Source: Eledone cirrhosa
Taxonomy: Eukaryota
Length of the DNA stretch: 64,000 nt
NCBI GenBank assembly: GCA_964016885.1
Contig: OZ024740.1
Span: 213,962,001-214,026,000, forward strand
Direction of reading: 5' to 3'
The position numbers and the translations under genes were made by a program. The notes below the pieces were generated by a model that worked only from the letters and a program-made list of their open reading frames with translations, searched no databases and was not told the origin of the DNA. This document shows, piece by piece, positions 38,668 to 50,800 of the stretch (positions are counted from its first letter, which is position 1; every line of letters starts with the position of its first letter).

Positions 38668-39600
38668 ATAGAATTCCTGACCAGGTTAACTTTGCCTTTC
38701 ATTCTTTCGAGGTCGATAAAATAAAGTACCAGTAATGTACTGGGTTTTTGCTGGCCTTGTGCCAAAAGTAGAAACAATTATTATAGAATTTCTGCTGAGG
38801 TTAGCTTTGCCTTTCATCCTTTCGAGGTTGATAAAATAAAGTACCAGTAATGTACTGGGTTTTTACTGGCCTTGTGCCAAAAGTAGAAACAATTATTATA
38901 GAATTTCTGCCGAGGTCAGCTTTGCCTTTCATCCTTTCGAGGTTGATAAAATAAAGTACCAGTAATGTACTGGGTTTTTACTGGCCTTGTGCCAAAAGTA
39001 GAAACAATTATTATAGAATTTCTGCCGAGGTCAGCTTTGCCTTTCATCCTTTCGAGGTTGATAAAATAAAGTACCAGTAATGTACTGGGTTTTTACTGGC
39101 CTTGTGCCAAAAGTAGAAACAATTATTATAGAATTTCTGCCGAGGTCAGCTTTGCTTTTCATCCTTTCGAGGTTGATAAAATAAAGTAGCAATAACGCAC
39201 GGAGGTCGATTTAATTGATTTTCCTCTCTCCACCGAAATTGTTGGCCTTGTGCTTAAATCAGAAATCAAGGTGGTGGATTGGCAGTATTGGTAGAGAGTC
39301 GTCCCTTAACATTCTGAGTTCAAATCCCACCGAGGTTAGCTTTGCCTTTCATCCCTATGGAGTCGATTAAATAACGCACCAGGGGTTAATTTAATCACCT
39401 TTCCTCTCTCCACACAGAATTTGTTGGCCTTGTACCTAAACCAGAAACCATTGATGCATAGAGTTACGGCCCTTGCCATTCCGAGTTCAAATCCCGCCGA
39501 GGTTAACTTTGCCTTTCATCCTTACGGGGTCGATAAAATAAAGTACCAGTGATTCACTGGGTAATTGCTGGCCTTGTGCCAAAAGTAGAAACAATTATTA
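38668..39600 (+). mobile_element. SINE-derived 115-bp tandem array (4 units plus a partial fifth) followed by A and B SINEs
   Basis: GAATT unit starts at 38671, 38786, 38901, 39016 and 39131; each unit is SINE core plus B-type tail. Confidence 0.92.
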
Positions 39601-39694
39601 TAAACCTCTTTTATTTTCAGGTCAATATTACAGATTTAACAAAATGAAAACGAGAGTGGAAACTAGGTTCTACAGCAGTAACAGATAGGCGACA

Positions 39695-40029
39695 TACATG
39701 GGTCGGCTGGATGGTTCCTAGGCTGATTATGAAGAAGTGGTGCTAGGGCTGTGAAATCTTGCATGCATTAATTAATAACTGCATTGTTTCTTTCCAGGGA
39801 CTATGTTGAAAAATAAACCCCATTTGGTCATTCCACGAGAGTATCTTGGTCAGCCAATGAAAGAGTGATGCTAGAGCTGTGAATTCTAGCATGCATTAAC
39901 TTCAACTCCTCTTATTAAATTTATAACTGCATTGTTTCTTTCCAGGGACTATGTTGAAAATTAAACCTCATTTGGTCATTCCATGAGAGTATCTTGGTCA
40001 CGCTATGAACTTTTCAACCGACCCTCGGA
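39695..40029. mobile_element. Mariner-type MITE with internal tandem duplication; second partial copy at 40372-40547
   Basis: Left TACATGGGTCGGCTGGATGGTTCCTAGGCTGA versus right ends CTATGAACTTTTCAACCGACCCTCG (to ~40027) and TCAGCCTATAAACTTTTCAGTCGACCCTCGTA (to 40547). TACGAGGG-type termini are typical of mariners. Confidence 0.65.
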
Positions 40030-40272
40030 TGTTAGTGATAATGACAGTTTTGGCAAAATAACATTTATGTCATCTTCCAATGTAACTTTAATATCTGAGA
40101 CAATGTAATTATTTGTATTACATTATTTTGTGTGGCATCTGTATAACAATTAGCTGTAAACCAACTATCACTGTTTTGGTTATACAAGTATGGCAGCTAT
40201 CAATATTTCTGTTCCACGTTTCGAAAAATGACTGCATAACACTCGACTGTGTGTTCGCATTATATCTGACAA

Positions 40273-40372
40273 TGGCGGTGGATTGACAGTATCGGTAGAG
40301 CATCAGACGCCATGCTTTGTAGCATAGAGTTATGGCTCTTTACATTGTGAGTTCAAATCCCGACGAGGTTAG
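40273..40372 (+). mobile_element. SINE head truncated by the MITE-derived duplicate
   Basis: Box A/B, then an abrupt switch at GAGGTTAG|CTGGATGG. Confidence 0.8.
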
Positions 40373-41147
40373 CTGGATGGTTCCTAGGCTGATTATGAAG
40401 AAGTGGTGCTAGGGCTGTGAAATCTTGCATGCATTAATTAATAACTGCATTGTTTCTTTCCAGGGACTATGTTGAAAAATAAACCTCATTTGGTCATTCC
40501 ATGAGAGTATCTTGGTCAGCCTATAAACTTTTCAGTCGACCCTCGTACATATTTAGTGGCGAGGAGTTTTTTTCTAGATTTCATATAAGAAACATTAACA
40601 TTTAAGTTCTCTCCAAGCAATATATATATATTTTTTTGATGTCGGCAAACTTTTTTGTAGTATATTTATTTATTTATTTATTTATTTAGCCAATCTCAAC
40701 ATGATGTTGACGAAATACGTCTGTGTTTACTTTTAAGCCATAGGTCTTTAAAGATGTCTGCAGCGTCTATTTAATGGGCGGATGATTTGATATTTTAGAT
40801 GGGCGACGGGATTTCGTTAATGTTTGTGGATGATCTTAAAAGCAAAAGACTGTTGTAGGCTCTTTGTTTGAAAAAAGCGATAAAATGTTTGAATTGTCTA
40901 ACATTTTGCATGGAACCCTTATGTTAAGAAGTCTCTGAGCTGTTGCTCAGACTGAACCCACCATATATTCACTCGACTGTGTGAGGTGATAAGGACGTTT
41001 TACGAGAATTTTACAAATTTGTTGTGTTTTTATTGTTGGTTAGCCGACGGTCACTCTTATGACATGCAGGTGGCTGACTGAATGAGACATCCGGCTAGCG
41101 GTAGAAACCATAGCAATACCACCTTTATTATAGGTACATTATAAAGG

Positions 41148-41545
41148 AGTTGGATTAGCAGAGCCGGTAGAGCATCGCTTAAACTGCTTTGCGCCATTTA
41201 GTAACGGCCCTTTACGTTTCGAGATCAACTTGGCAGAGTCATTAGAACGTCGGATAGAATTCTTTGCGGTATTCATTTGGGCTTTTTGCTCTCTCAGTTC
41301 TAATCCCATCGAGCTCAACTTTTCCTTTCATCCTTCCGTGGTCGATAAAATAAAGTACCAGTAAAATACTGGGGTAGATTCTTCCTCTATACCTCTTTCC
41401 CATTTTCACTACACTCTCACACACTTTCTCTCTTTCTTGCTCTGGAAGAAATTGGTTGTTTTCAGACCTGGAAAGAGATGGGCTCCACCAGGTTTAAAGT
41501 GCCCACGACAACCCGTATGGCACGACGGCACCCCGTGACTCTACA
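41148..41545 (+). mobile_element. SINE head plus SINE subfamily C (extended tail)
   Basis: TGGCAGAGTCATTAGAACGTCGGATAGAAT head, core, tail TCAGACCTGG..GAGATGGGCTCC.CCAGGTTTAAA. Confidence 0.85.
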
Positions 41546-41561
41546 CACACTGTATGTATAG

Positions 41562-41828
41562 ACCCGTAACTCCCGAAGGAGTGGTATGGGCACCGTATTG
41601 ACATACAGCGTTTTAGGGCACTTTTTAAACCAGCGAAGCTCATCTCCTCTCCAGGTCTGAATATAGCAGATTTCTTTCAGAGAAGGATAAAAAATGAGAG
41701 AATGGAAGTGAGAATGGATGAAAGGCAATGTTGACCTTGGTGAGATTTGAACTCAGAGAACAGAGAGCCGAAAATAAAACCATAAAACATGCCATTCGAC
41801 GTTCTATCGACTCTACCAATTCACTGCC
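41562..41828 (-). mobile_element. SINE subfamily C, inverted, tail-to-tail with the preceding copy
   Basis: Plus strand shows the reverse-complement motifs CCAGGTCTGAA, GGATGAAAGGCAA, GATTTGAACTCAG and GACGTTCTATCGACTCTACCAA. Confidence 0.85.
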
Positions 41829-42134
41829 TGTACACACACTTTAAGTATTATATTAAGAAAAATATTTTCAAACTACAGAAAATTTATATTCTATCCATTC
41901 TGAATTTATACATTTTTATTTTGTAAATAAGATAGAAAATACTTAAAGATCAAAATTGGAGGCTTTTGTAAAACGTTATCTCCTGAAACATTTCAGATAT
42001 GTTGAGATCTGCTGTCATTTAGAAAGTCTGCAACGTTTTTATTAGTCATTTTACCGTTAAATGTCTACCTTCATCATAATATATGCATAGAATAAAGATT
42101 TCCTATATTGGCATGGTTTTCATACAAATAACGT

Positions 42135-42690
42135 GGCGAATTGGCAGAGTCGTTAGAACGTCGGATAGAATGGCAGAGTTGTTAGAACGTCATATAGAAT
42201 GGCAGAGTCGTTAGAACGTCGGATAGAATGACAGTCATTAGAACGTCAGATAGAATGGCAGAGTCGTTAGAACGTCGGATAGAATGGCAGAGTCGTTAGA
42301 ACGTCGGATAGAATGGCAGTCATTAGAACGTCAGATAGAATGGCAGAGTCGTTAGAACGTCAGATAGAATGGCAGAGTCGTTAGAACGTCAGATAGAATG
42401 GCAGAGTCGTTAGAACGTCAGATAGAATGATTTGTGGTATTCGTTTCAGCTCTCTGCACTCTCAATTAAATCCCGCCGAGATCGATAAAAAAGTACCAGT
42501 CTAGTACTGGGTGTCGATTCTTAGTCTATATATCTTTCTCATTTCAATTCTCTTACCCTCTCTATCCTTCTCTGGAAGAAATTTGCTGTATTCAGACCTG
42601 GAGACGAGATGGGCTCCGATAGGTTTTAAAATGTCCTACATACACCGTATGTCAGTACGGTGCTCCTACGACTCCCCCAGGATTTACGGG
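42135..42690 (+). mobile_element. SINE subfamily C with ten tandem copies of its 27-29 bp box A segment
   Basis: GAATGGCAGAGTCGTTAGAACGTCRGATA x10 (42138-42428), then the SINE body and C tail. Confidence 0.9.
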
Positions 42691-42706
42691 AAAGTGTGTG
42701 TGTGTA

Positions 42707-42737
<31 letters not shown>

Positions 42738-43381
42738 TGACAATAAAAATAAAAAGATGAACGAGAGTTGTTAACTGAATGATTTCCATTTAGTCGAAAT
42801 AGTCGACTGACTCATCATTTTTGGAATTTTTGCTGATGTTTCGTCTCTTCTCAGTTTACTAGGTTACACTTATATCTCTTTGTTAACATCCTCTTTCGTT
42901 AACGCAAGAAGCAGTCCATAATATAATCGATGTTGTGCATTTAACACATCCCCATCTGTGTAAAAGTCACCAGCTTCATTAATTCTAATATCACATCAGG
43001 TTAGAAGTAACATGTTTGATGTTTTTATAAGTCTGGCCAACAGGATAATAATTTCTAGCTTGATTGTTGAGATTCAAAAGTGTATCAAGTCGTATATTTT
43101 GTCTTCCCAAAGCATATCCAATCAAAATCACTCCTTTTGTACATAAAACGCTGGGAATGTCTGCGCTCTTGCAATTAGCCGCACATTATATATTTTTTGC
43201 GGAAATCCTGTCTAGTGTGTCTCTCTTCAACTACTAATGTTGTTATCATCTATATCTAATTACTATAGAAGAGGACTTTTGGAAAGTATAGTTTTATTAT
43301 CATTACTAAGTGAACAATTCTAAATAAAATAAGTGTGCACATTTCTTCTTGTTTAAATTTGTATCTATGTCTCAGAAAAAT

Positions 43382-43660
43382 CTGTAAATATAGTAAATTG
43401 AGCTCTGGTCATGGTACATATTACTGTAAGGTTCAAGTGAAGAAAAAACACTACTGTAAATATAGTAAATTGAGCTCTGGTCATGGTAGATATGACTGTG
43501 AGGTTTAGGTGAAGAAACATTACTGTAAATATAGTAAATTGAGCTCTGATCATGGTACATATGATTGTGAGGTTCAAGTGAAGAAAGAAACACTACTGTA
43601 AATATAGTAAATTGAACTCTGGTCATGGCACATATTACTGTGAGGTTCAGGTGAAGAAAG
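43382..43660. repeat. ~70-bp minisatellite x4
   Basis: CTGTAAATATAGTAAATTGAGCTCTGGTCATGG… units at 43382, 43454, 43523 and 43596. Confidence 0.92.
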
Positions 43661-43834
43661 GAACAATACTTTGGTACAGTTGCATGAACACACACCCACA
43701 CACTCACACTCACACACTTACACACACACACGCACACAAAGATACAAAGATTCGTTTTAATTTAATGATTGTAGATTTATAATGAGTTCAAATTATTGAC
43801 TCTTTATTTACATTAAGTATTTGCTTTCGTTATA

Positions 43835-44300
43835 TACTCTCAGGTCCCTAATAATAGGGTGGGGTTAGAATAAGCGGAGGGAGTTGGAAAATCGATAATT
43901 TTTCTAGGTTGTTTCCGTTGATTTAAAAACAAAACAGAATTAGTCGTTTAGTTTACATTTAGTTATTATTGTTGTTATGTATATATTATTGATTGTTCCT
44001 TTGAAAATAGATTAAATGGTTTGAAGAAATGTTGTTTACATATCGAAACCCCAACCCATCCTTTATATTTTATAACATAGGATTTCGTGTAATGTATTTT
44101 TTTGTCATGAATAATGTTTTTGAATAGCTACAGAAAATTAATTGTCGCAGGAATGCTACCACTTAAAATAACATTTCGTTGGAGATAGATTAGCTAAATT
44201 TAATGAGCGGGGTGGTGGGGGTTGGGTGGAATAAATGCGGGGAAGTTGGAAAAATGTGAAAAATTAATGGGGGGGGGGGATTATTCGAAACTAGAGTGTA
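43835..44300. mobile_element. Possible TA-flanked MITE with imperfect TIRs
   Basis: TACTCTCAGGTCCCTAATAAT ... ATTATTCGAAACTAGAGTGTA; internal repeated GCGGRGRAGTTGGAAAA. Confidence 0.4.
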
Positions 44301-44551
44301 TATATATACTTGGTGGGAAGTCAGTGGAAGGGCCATTATTTCGAAGAGGATCAATCATTAATTGAACCTATAATCTACGTAATTTGTTTCCTAATCTAAG
44401 GCTGGATGCTGTTTCAACAGACTTCGTATACAAGCACACACGCACACGCGCACGCACGCACACGCACACGCACGCACACGCACACGCACGCACACGCACA
44501 CACACACATACACACACACACACACAAATATATATTTATATATATATATAT

Positions 44552-45257
44552 ATCAAATTTAAAAAACGGAGTTAAAGACTCACGTTAATCCCCTATAATT
44601 TAATGAGCTCAAGGAATAGATTCGGGGCTCTTCATAAAACAGTATATATAGAAAATATATAGAGAAAAATACACAAAGATGTATGTGTTCAATTATAGGG
44701 GATAGAATACCACCAGAGTGAAAACCATATTGTCTACGAAAGGGATGGAAAATACAGATCAATTAAAAGAATAAATTAAAATGTACAGACCATCCTTTAT
44801 AGCTATAACACCTGGACATGCTCTACCTGTAGCATGTTTCACCACAAATAAAGTGTAGATTCACACCGTGGAGGGCTTATCAACAGGTGGATCAACAATA
44901 TGATCCACACTTTTAAAAATATATCAGGTAACTAATATACACACATGGTGGAAAGAGAAAAACATGTGCGCTATATAGCCCATGGTGGTGTGAATGGACC
45001 AAAATACCGCTAAAAACAACAGCTGAGAACCATTCAACTTAACCAGCTCTACTTACATATAGAAATGAATTAGGAGCCAATACATCAAATTAAAAAACGG
45101 AGTTAAAGACTCACATTGGTTTGTACATTTTAATTTATTCTTTTAATTGATATGTATTCTCCATTCCTTTCGTAAATAATATGTCTTTCACTCTGGTCAT
45201 TTTCTATCCCCTATAATTGAACACATACCTCTTTGTGTATTTTTCTCTATATACTGT
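44552..45257. mobile_element. Element with ~140-150 bp inverted arms and a ~31-bp direct repeat, between (TA)n tracts (Penelope-like architecture)
   Basis: 44639-44791 is an imperfect reverse complement of 45118-45257; ATCAAATT(T)AAAAAACGGAGTTAAAGACTCAC occurs at 44552 and 45084. Confidence 0.6.
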
Positions 45258-45269
45258 CTTATATATATT

Positions 45270-45326
<57 letters not shown>

Positions 45327-45707
45327 ATGCCCCAGCATGGCCTCAGCCAATTGGCCGGAACAAGTAAAAGTGGATATCATCATGTAGTAGCTAACATCTA
45401 CCATTAGGTGGATATCTTAGTCCAACAAATAAGTCTCCCAATAATGACGATGGGTTCATGAAAGAAAACCTTTTAAGTTCTCTTGTTCTGTTTCAAATAC
45501 TTTTCCTCCACAACAAATCTGAAACATTTGTGACCTATCACTTTTTTTTTTTTACTTCAAATGAAATATATCTTGTATCGAAGCCATATAGAGTTTGAAT
45601 TGTAGCAAAACCTTATTGACTTCATTGTTGAAAAGCATTTTACATGTTGCTGATTTATATTTTAAGAACTAGTGCTAAAATAGTAACAACATATATATAT
45701 ACATTAT

Positions 45708-46211
45708 GGCGGCGAATTGGCAGCGTCGGATAGATTGCTTTGCGGTATTCGTTTCAGCTCCCTGCACCCTGAGTTCAAATCCTACCGAGGTCAACTTTGC
45801 CTTTCATCCATTTAAAGACGAGAAAAAAGTACCAGTCTAGTACTGGAGTCGATTCTTCCCCTGTGTCTCTTTTTCTTTTCCATTCTCTCCTTCTCTTTAT
45901 CTTTCTCAGGAAGAAATCTGCTGTGTTCAGACCTGGGATCCACCAGGTTTAGGAAAAATACCCTAGAAACGCCGTATGTAAATATGGTACTGCTATGACT
46001 TCTTCGGGAGTTACGGAACCAGGCATACAAATAAAAGCATTGTAGCGTTCTGATTGCTTTTATCTTATCTAGTCACTTCCAGCTTAAACTCTACTTTTCT
46101 TCATCAGTAAAACACTGATTCAAACTCAATATTTTATGCATGAAAACACATTTAATCCTTGTTTTGCGTTATAGAAATTAAGTGCAGGGCCGAACTTTCA
46201 CCTGCTGAGGC

Positions 46212-46253
<42 letters not shown>

Positions 46254-47150
46254 TAGAACTAGCTATTGAAACTGCAAGAGCTCAGCCGTCGGGGTCCCGA
46301 CTCTTTCATATATATGTCATTTTTGATGATGTAGTGTTAAAGAATAAAAACTAATGGTAAAATAAAAGCATGTTTTTTTAAAAATGAGGCCCCTTATAGG
46401 TAAGTTCAGCACTGATTTAGTGTCAACAACAACAAAAATCTAATTGCAATTGATATGGTTTCAATTTGAAGATTAATGAAAAATGATAGAAATTCAATTT
46501 GAATAATAGGATTTTTTTTACCAGTAAATTTTGCTGGAAACGTTTCTCAATGAAATATAATGTCTGTATCATAAATTAATGGTTTCTGATTTAGGCACAA
46601 GGCTAACATTTTCTTCTTTTTGTGTGTGTGTGTGGGGGGGGGGGGGTCGATTAAATAGACCCCAATGCGCTATTGGAATTTTATTTAACGACTCCGTAAG
46701 GATGAAAAAAGATGGCGAATTGGCAGAGTCGTTAGAACGTCGGATAGAAATCTTTATGGTATTCTTGGAGTTCAAATCCCACCGAGGTCAACTTTGCCTT
46801 TCATCCTTATGAGGTCGATAAAAAAGTACCAGTCTAGTATTGGGGTCGATTCTTCATCTATATCTCTTTCTCATTTGTTCTTTCTCACTTTCTATCTTTC
46901 TATGGAAGAAATCTGCTGTACTCAGGTCTGGAGAGGAGATGGGCTCCGCCAGGCTTAAAATGCCTCAGAAACTCCGTATGTCAATACGGTGCTCTGACGA
47001 CTCTATCAGGAGTTATGGGACCATACATACATACAAGAATGAAAGACAAAGCTAATCTCAACGTGATTTGAACTCAGAACATAAAGAGTCGTAACTATAT
47101 GCCACAAAGCATATTGTCAGACGCTCTGTCGATTCTGCCAGCCTACTGCC
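45708..47150. mobile_element. SINE cluster: C(+) 45708-46020, A(-) 46575-46710, C(+) 46712-47022, head(-) 47040-47150
   Basis: Core and box motifs on both strands. Confidence 0.82.
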
Positions 47151-48079
47151 CTTATATTATAAATTAATGAAAATGTTATTTCTAATTCAAACGTAGTGTG
47201 GTTAAATAAAAATAGATGACTCTGAAGTTGAAACAATGACAGGGAAATGAATGGCAGCTTTCAAATAACCTAAGTTACTTGAAAAATGGAAGCATTAGTT
47301 TCTATATAGTTTATCTAACAAAGAAAATACATAACAAATAACAAAACGATTTACTGTCTCGACTTTTGTAAACAAAAATGGCGTTTTTTGTTGTTTTATC
47401 TTCCATGCTATTCATCTTAATCTATCGTTTGCACTAAGTACAGCTGTAACTTAAAAGATCTATTTGTGCTGGCATGGCAAATAACCATTCTTAAACAGTC
47501 CATCAATCCATCAAACCGCTTTCCACAAAGCTACTTTATATGTAATAATAATAATATTGAATATACTCAGATATATTTCTATCTTTTTTTGTACCTGCCT
47601 TCTGCTACCAAAGTCTAAAGTCCATTAATAACGAACTTGAATCTACTCTCTTTAAATAAGAGAAACCAAACTTTATGTAATTCGTTAATACACCATCTGG
47701 CATGGTTTCTTTTCCAGAGTATTTTTACTTTGATATTTCCTTACTTCATCAAATGGTATTTGGAGATAAGGTGTTTTAGAATGATATAGTTTTACAAATA
47801 ATTTGTTAATATAGTCGGAAATGAGGGTCGGATTTTTTTTCTTCCTTCTGAGTCCTAAGCTTATTCATTTCCCCCTTTAAACTAAACTGTACGTGCATTT
47901 TCTTTTACCATATATATAGTAGTCCTTTAGAAATTTCTCTTCTGCTAAAGCCACAGACGCTATTTCGTTTGGTCAGGGTTGATTACCATAAAAATGTTAT
48001 TAATATGAAGTCTTGTCGAGAACTGTTTTGTTGGAGCTGTTATGATTAATTTTGTTCAAAATGTTCCTTGTTTACATTA

Positions 48080-48265
48080 GACAATATATACACACAGTAT
48101 TATATACAATAGGTATATACAATTATACACACAGGTAGCACTGGACACACTATATACACACAGATAGCATTAGATACAATATATACACACACAGCATTAG
48201 ATACAATATACACACACAGCATTAGATACAATATATACACAGCATTAGACACAATAAATACACAC
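48080..48265. repeat. Short degenerate minisatellite (ACACAGCATTAGATACAATAT units)
   Basis: Direct reading. Confidence 0.8.
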
Positions 48266-48909
48266 GGATAGCTAAAACTCATCATATATTTATTTACAAG
48301 TGCTGAAGAAAAATAAAAACAAAAATGTATTTCTTGTTTGTTCTTTCTATAAAGTTGCTTCGCTAAAAAAATATCAACAGCTGCGGTTTAAACCATATTC
48401 CCGTTTCGTTAAAACAGGGCTAGAATGATATATCGATATTTTGTGAAGGATACTTAAATGTTGACGGTTACCTATAGATGGTCTCGTATTATAATATCGA
48501 TTAATACTTACAACCCAAAACTTTTGTTTTAGAAATACACCATTAATATTCCTTCCTTACATTTCTGTCGTAATGGAACAGGATTAAGACATTTTATTTG
48601 TAGAATGTCATGGAAAGACATTTCTAAATCATATCCTATCTCTACGCAAAAGATTTTCAGGAACAGAAAAGTAAAATAAATCTAAGTAATCTGAAGTTTC
48701 AGACTATTTCTACTTCCTTTCATGATTGGTTTGGCACCTTCCGTCATTTACTTTGATGTTGTATCAAAGTGTACCCCCCCCCCCACACACACATATATGT
48801 ATGTGTGTATGTATGTGTGGGTGGGTGTATGTATGTATGTACGTACGTATGTATGTGTGTATGCGTGTGTGTATGTGTGTATGTATGTGTGTATGTATGT
48901 ACGAGTGCT

Positions 48910-49390
48910 ACTGGTAACATGTAACCCAGTACAACCTGTCTCATGGTCGAGGCGTCGGCGACTAAACCGGCAACCCTACCAAGCTTGCTTGGTGAGGAGG
49001 GTGATATTTGGACACCCTGCAGGATGAAATCCAAGATCCGACAAAGGGCCATCCAAATAGTACTTTTTTTTTTTGCGTGGGAGTGAAAGGCCTCCAGTTG
49101 TTGTCACAACACCTTTCTAAGAGAGGGGAAACTCTGAATAAAACCCCTGCGGCTTCGGAAGCATCCGATGATGTTGACCAGTTTTCCTTTTCGGGTAGTG
49201 TTTTCAATGCTCAGAGAGTGGGATTGGTCAAGTGAAAGGCCTTTCCCCACTTAAGAAAACGTTCAAAGCACAGACATTGCTTGTTCAAGATATGTTATAG
49301 GTTCGTGTGGTTGGCGGTAGCCTAAACGTGCACCATTTTCTGTAATCTGACAAGCGATTGCAATACTTTTAGCAGAGTTTGCAGCCATCA
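48910..49390 (+). mobile_element. Second copy of the non-autonomous RTE-related element, between (TGTA)n tracts
   Basis: Similarity to 19408-19936; ends GCAGCCATCA-(TGTA)n. Confidence 0.65.
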
Positions 49391-49466
49391 TGTATGTGTG
49401 TGTGTATGTGTATGTATGTATGCATGTATGTATGTATGTGTGTATGTATGTGTATGTATGCATACA

Positions 49467-49521
<55 letters not shown>

Positions 49522-49639
49522 ATGTATGTATGCATGTATGCATGTATGTATGTATGTATGTTGTTGTAGATGTTGGCGTTGTTCCTCTTGATGTAGATAT
49601 TGGTGTTGGTGTTCATTCTGATGCTGCTGCTGCTGCTGC

Positions 49640-49673
<34 letters not shown>

Positions 49674-49676
49674 GAA

Positions 49677-50256
49677 ATTTGGTCGTCACACATCTGCAAC
49701 AGGAGCATACCATTGTTGTTACACCTTCCCACCCCATGCCTTCCGATTACAATCTATGTGTTAAAATCCCTACCCATTCTAGCATTAAAGTCACCAAGCA
49801 CGATGACCTTCTTCTATCTGAGGGATATTTCTTAAAACACTTTTTAAGGTATGGTAGAAAGACACTTTTTCATCATCGACAGAATTCATAGTTGGAGCAT
49901 ACACACTCACCAGGGTCGCATATCTTCCTTTGTCCAGCGGAATTCACATGGACAAAAGACTCTCACTAATCCCTACAGGGAATTCTTCTAACTTATCCAC
50001 AAGAGCAGTCTTAACAGCAAATGCTACCCCAGCCTCTCTTCTGGTTCCTTCATCTCTTCCTTTCCAGAAGAATGTATATTCTCCACAAAATTCTGTAAGA
50101 TGACCATCTCCAGCTAACCTCGTCTCGGATAAAGCTACGATGTCAAGATCGTAACGTCGAAGCTCCTTTGCAATAAGAGCGGTCCTGTGTTCAGGTCGTT
50201 CAGAGGAATCCCTGTCAAGCAGCGTCCGTACGTTCCAGCAGCCAATATTAAATGCC
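49677..50256 (-). pseudogene. RTE-clade LINE apurinic-like endonuclease domain, disrupted
   Basis: Manual translation of the - strand: FNIGCWNVRTLLDRDSSERPEHRTALIAKELRRYDLDIVALSETRLAGDG..YTFFWKG..REAGVAFAVK..LSM*IPL..TLVSVYAPT, frameshift, VIVLGDFNARMG..GRHGVGRCNNNGMLLLQMC. Contains stops and a frameshift. Confidence 0.92.
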
Positions 50257-50422
50257 TTGTTTGGCTCTAATACAGTGGCACGATGACGAGCCGGCCCAAG
50301 CTGTGATACCCTGGGGTCCCTGCCCTTATTGTCAATTATCTCTTTTGTTCCAGAACCCTTATTGTCAATTATCTATTTTATATTGTTTTGAAACATCATT
50401 GAATTGGGGGGAAAAAAGTAAA

Positions 50423-50476
<54 letters not shown>

Positions 50477-50559
50477 ATTAATGATTATTAATTAATGCAA
50501 TCATGCAATGCCTGTGCGTGAAGAATATTTTTAAAGCGAGGAAAGACTGTGCACTGTGA

Positions 50560-50800
50560 TCAGTGCACAGTCTTTCCTCAGGGTAACCCCACTCTTTGAG
50601 CGACAGTAGCTATAACCCGAAAAGAAGAAAAGATCAACATCATCGGTAACTACTGAGCCGCAGGTTTTATGTCGGAGTTAACCCAGTTTCCTGAGATGCC
50701 TTTTCCTAGAAGAATGCCCTGACAAGGGCTAGGGGGTCCTTCACTCCCAGTGGTTTAACTGCGCGATCGGGAATCCAGCCCGATTATTTCTATGTCCCTG
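50560..50800 (-). mobile_element. RTE 5' UTR-like segment upstream of the endonuclease fragment
   Basis: Reverse strand CCTAGCCCTTGTCAGGGCA..CTAGGAAAAGG..AACTCCGACATAAAACCTGC..CCGATGATGTTGA..AAAGAGTGGG aligns by eye with 19540-19670 and 49080-49225. Confidence 0.6.

Noticed and set aside
39621-39647. Possible alternative CBFB last exon (ttttattttcag|VNITDLTK*)
   Set aside because: Acceptor-like and in phase, but no homology and wedged between a SINE tail and a MITE; such motifs are common in AT-rich DNA.
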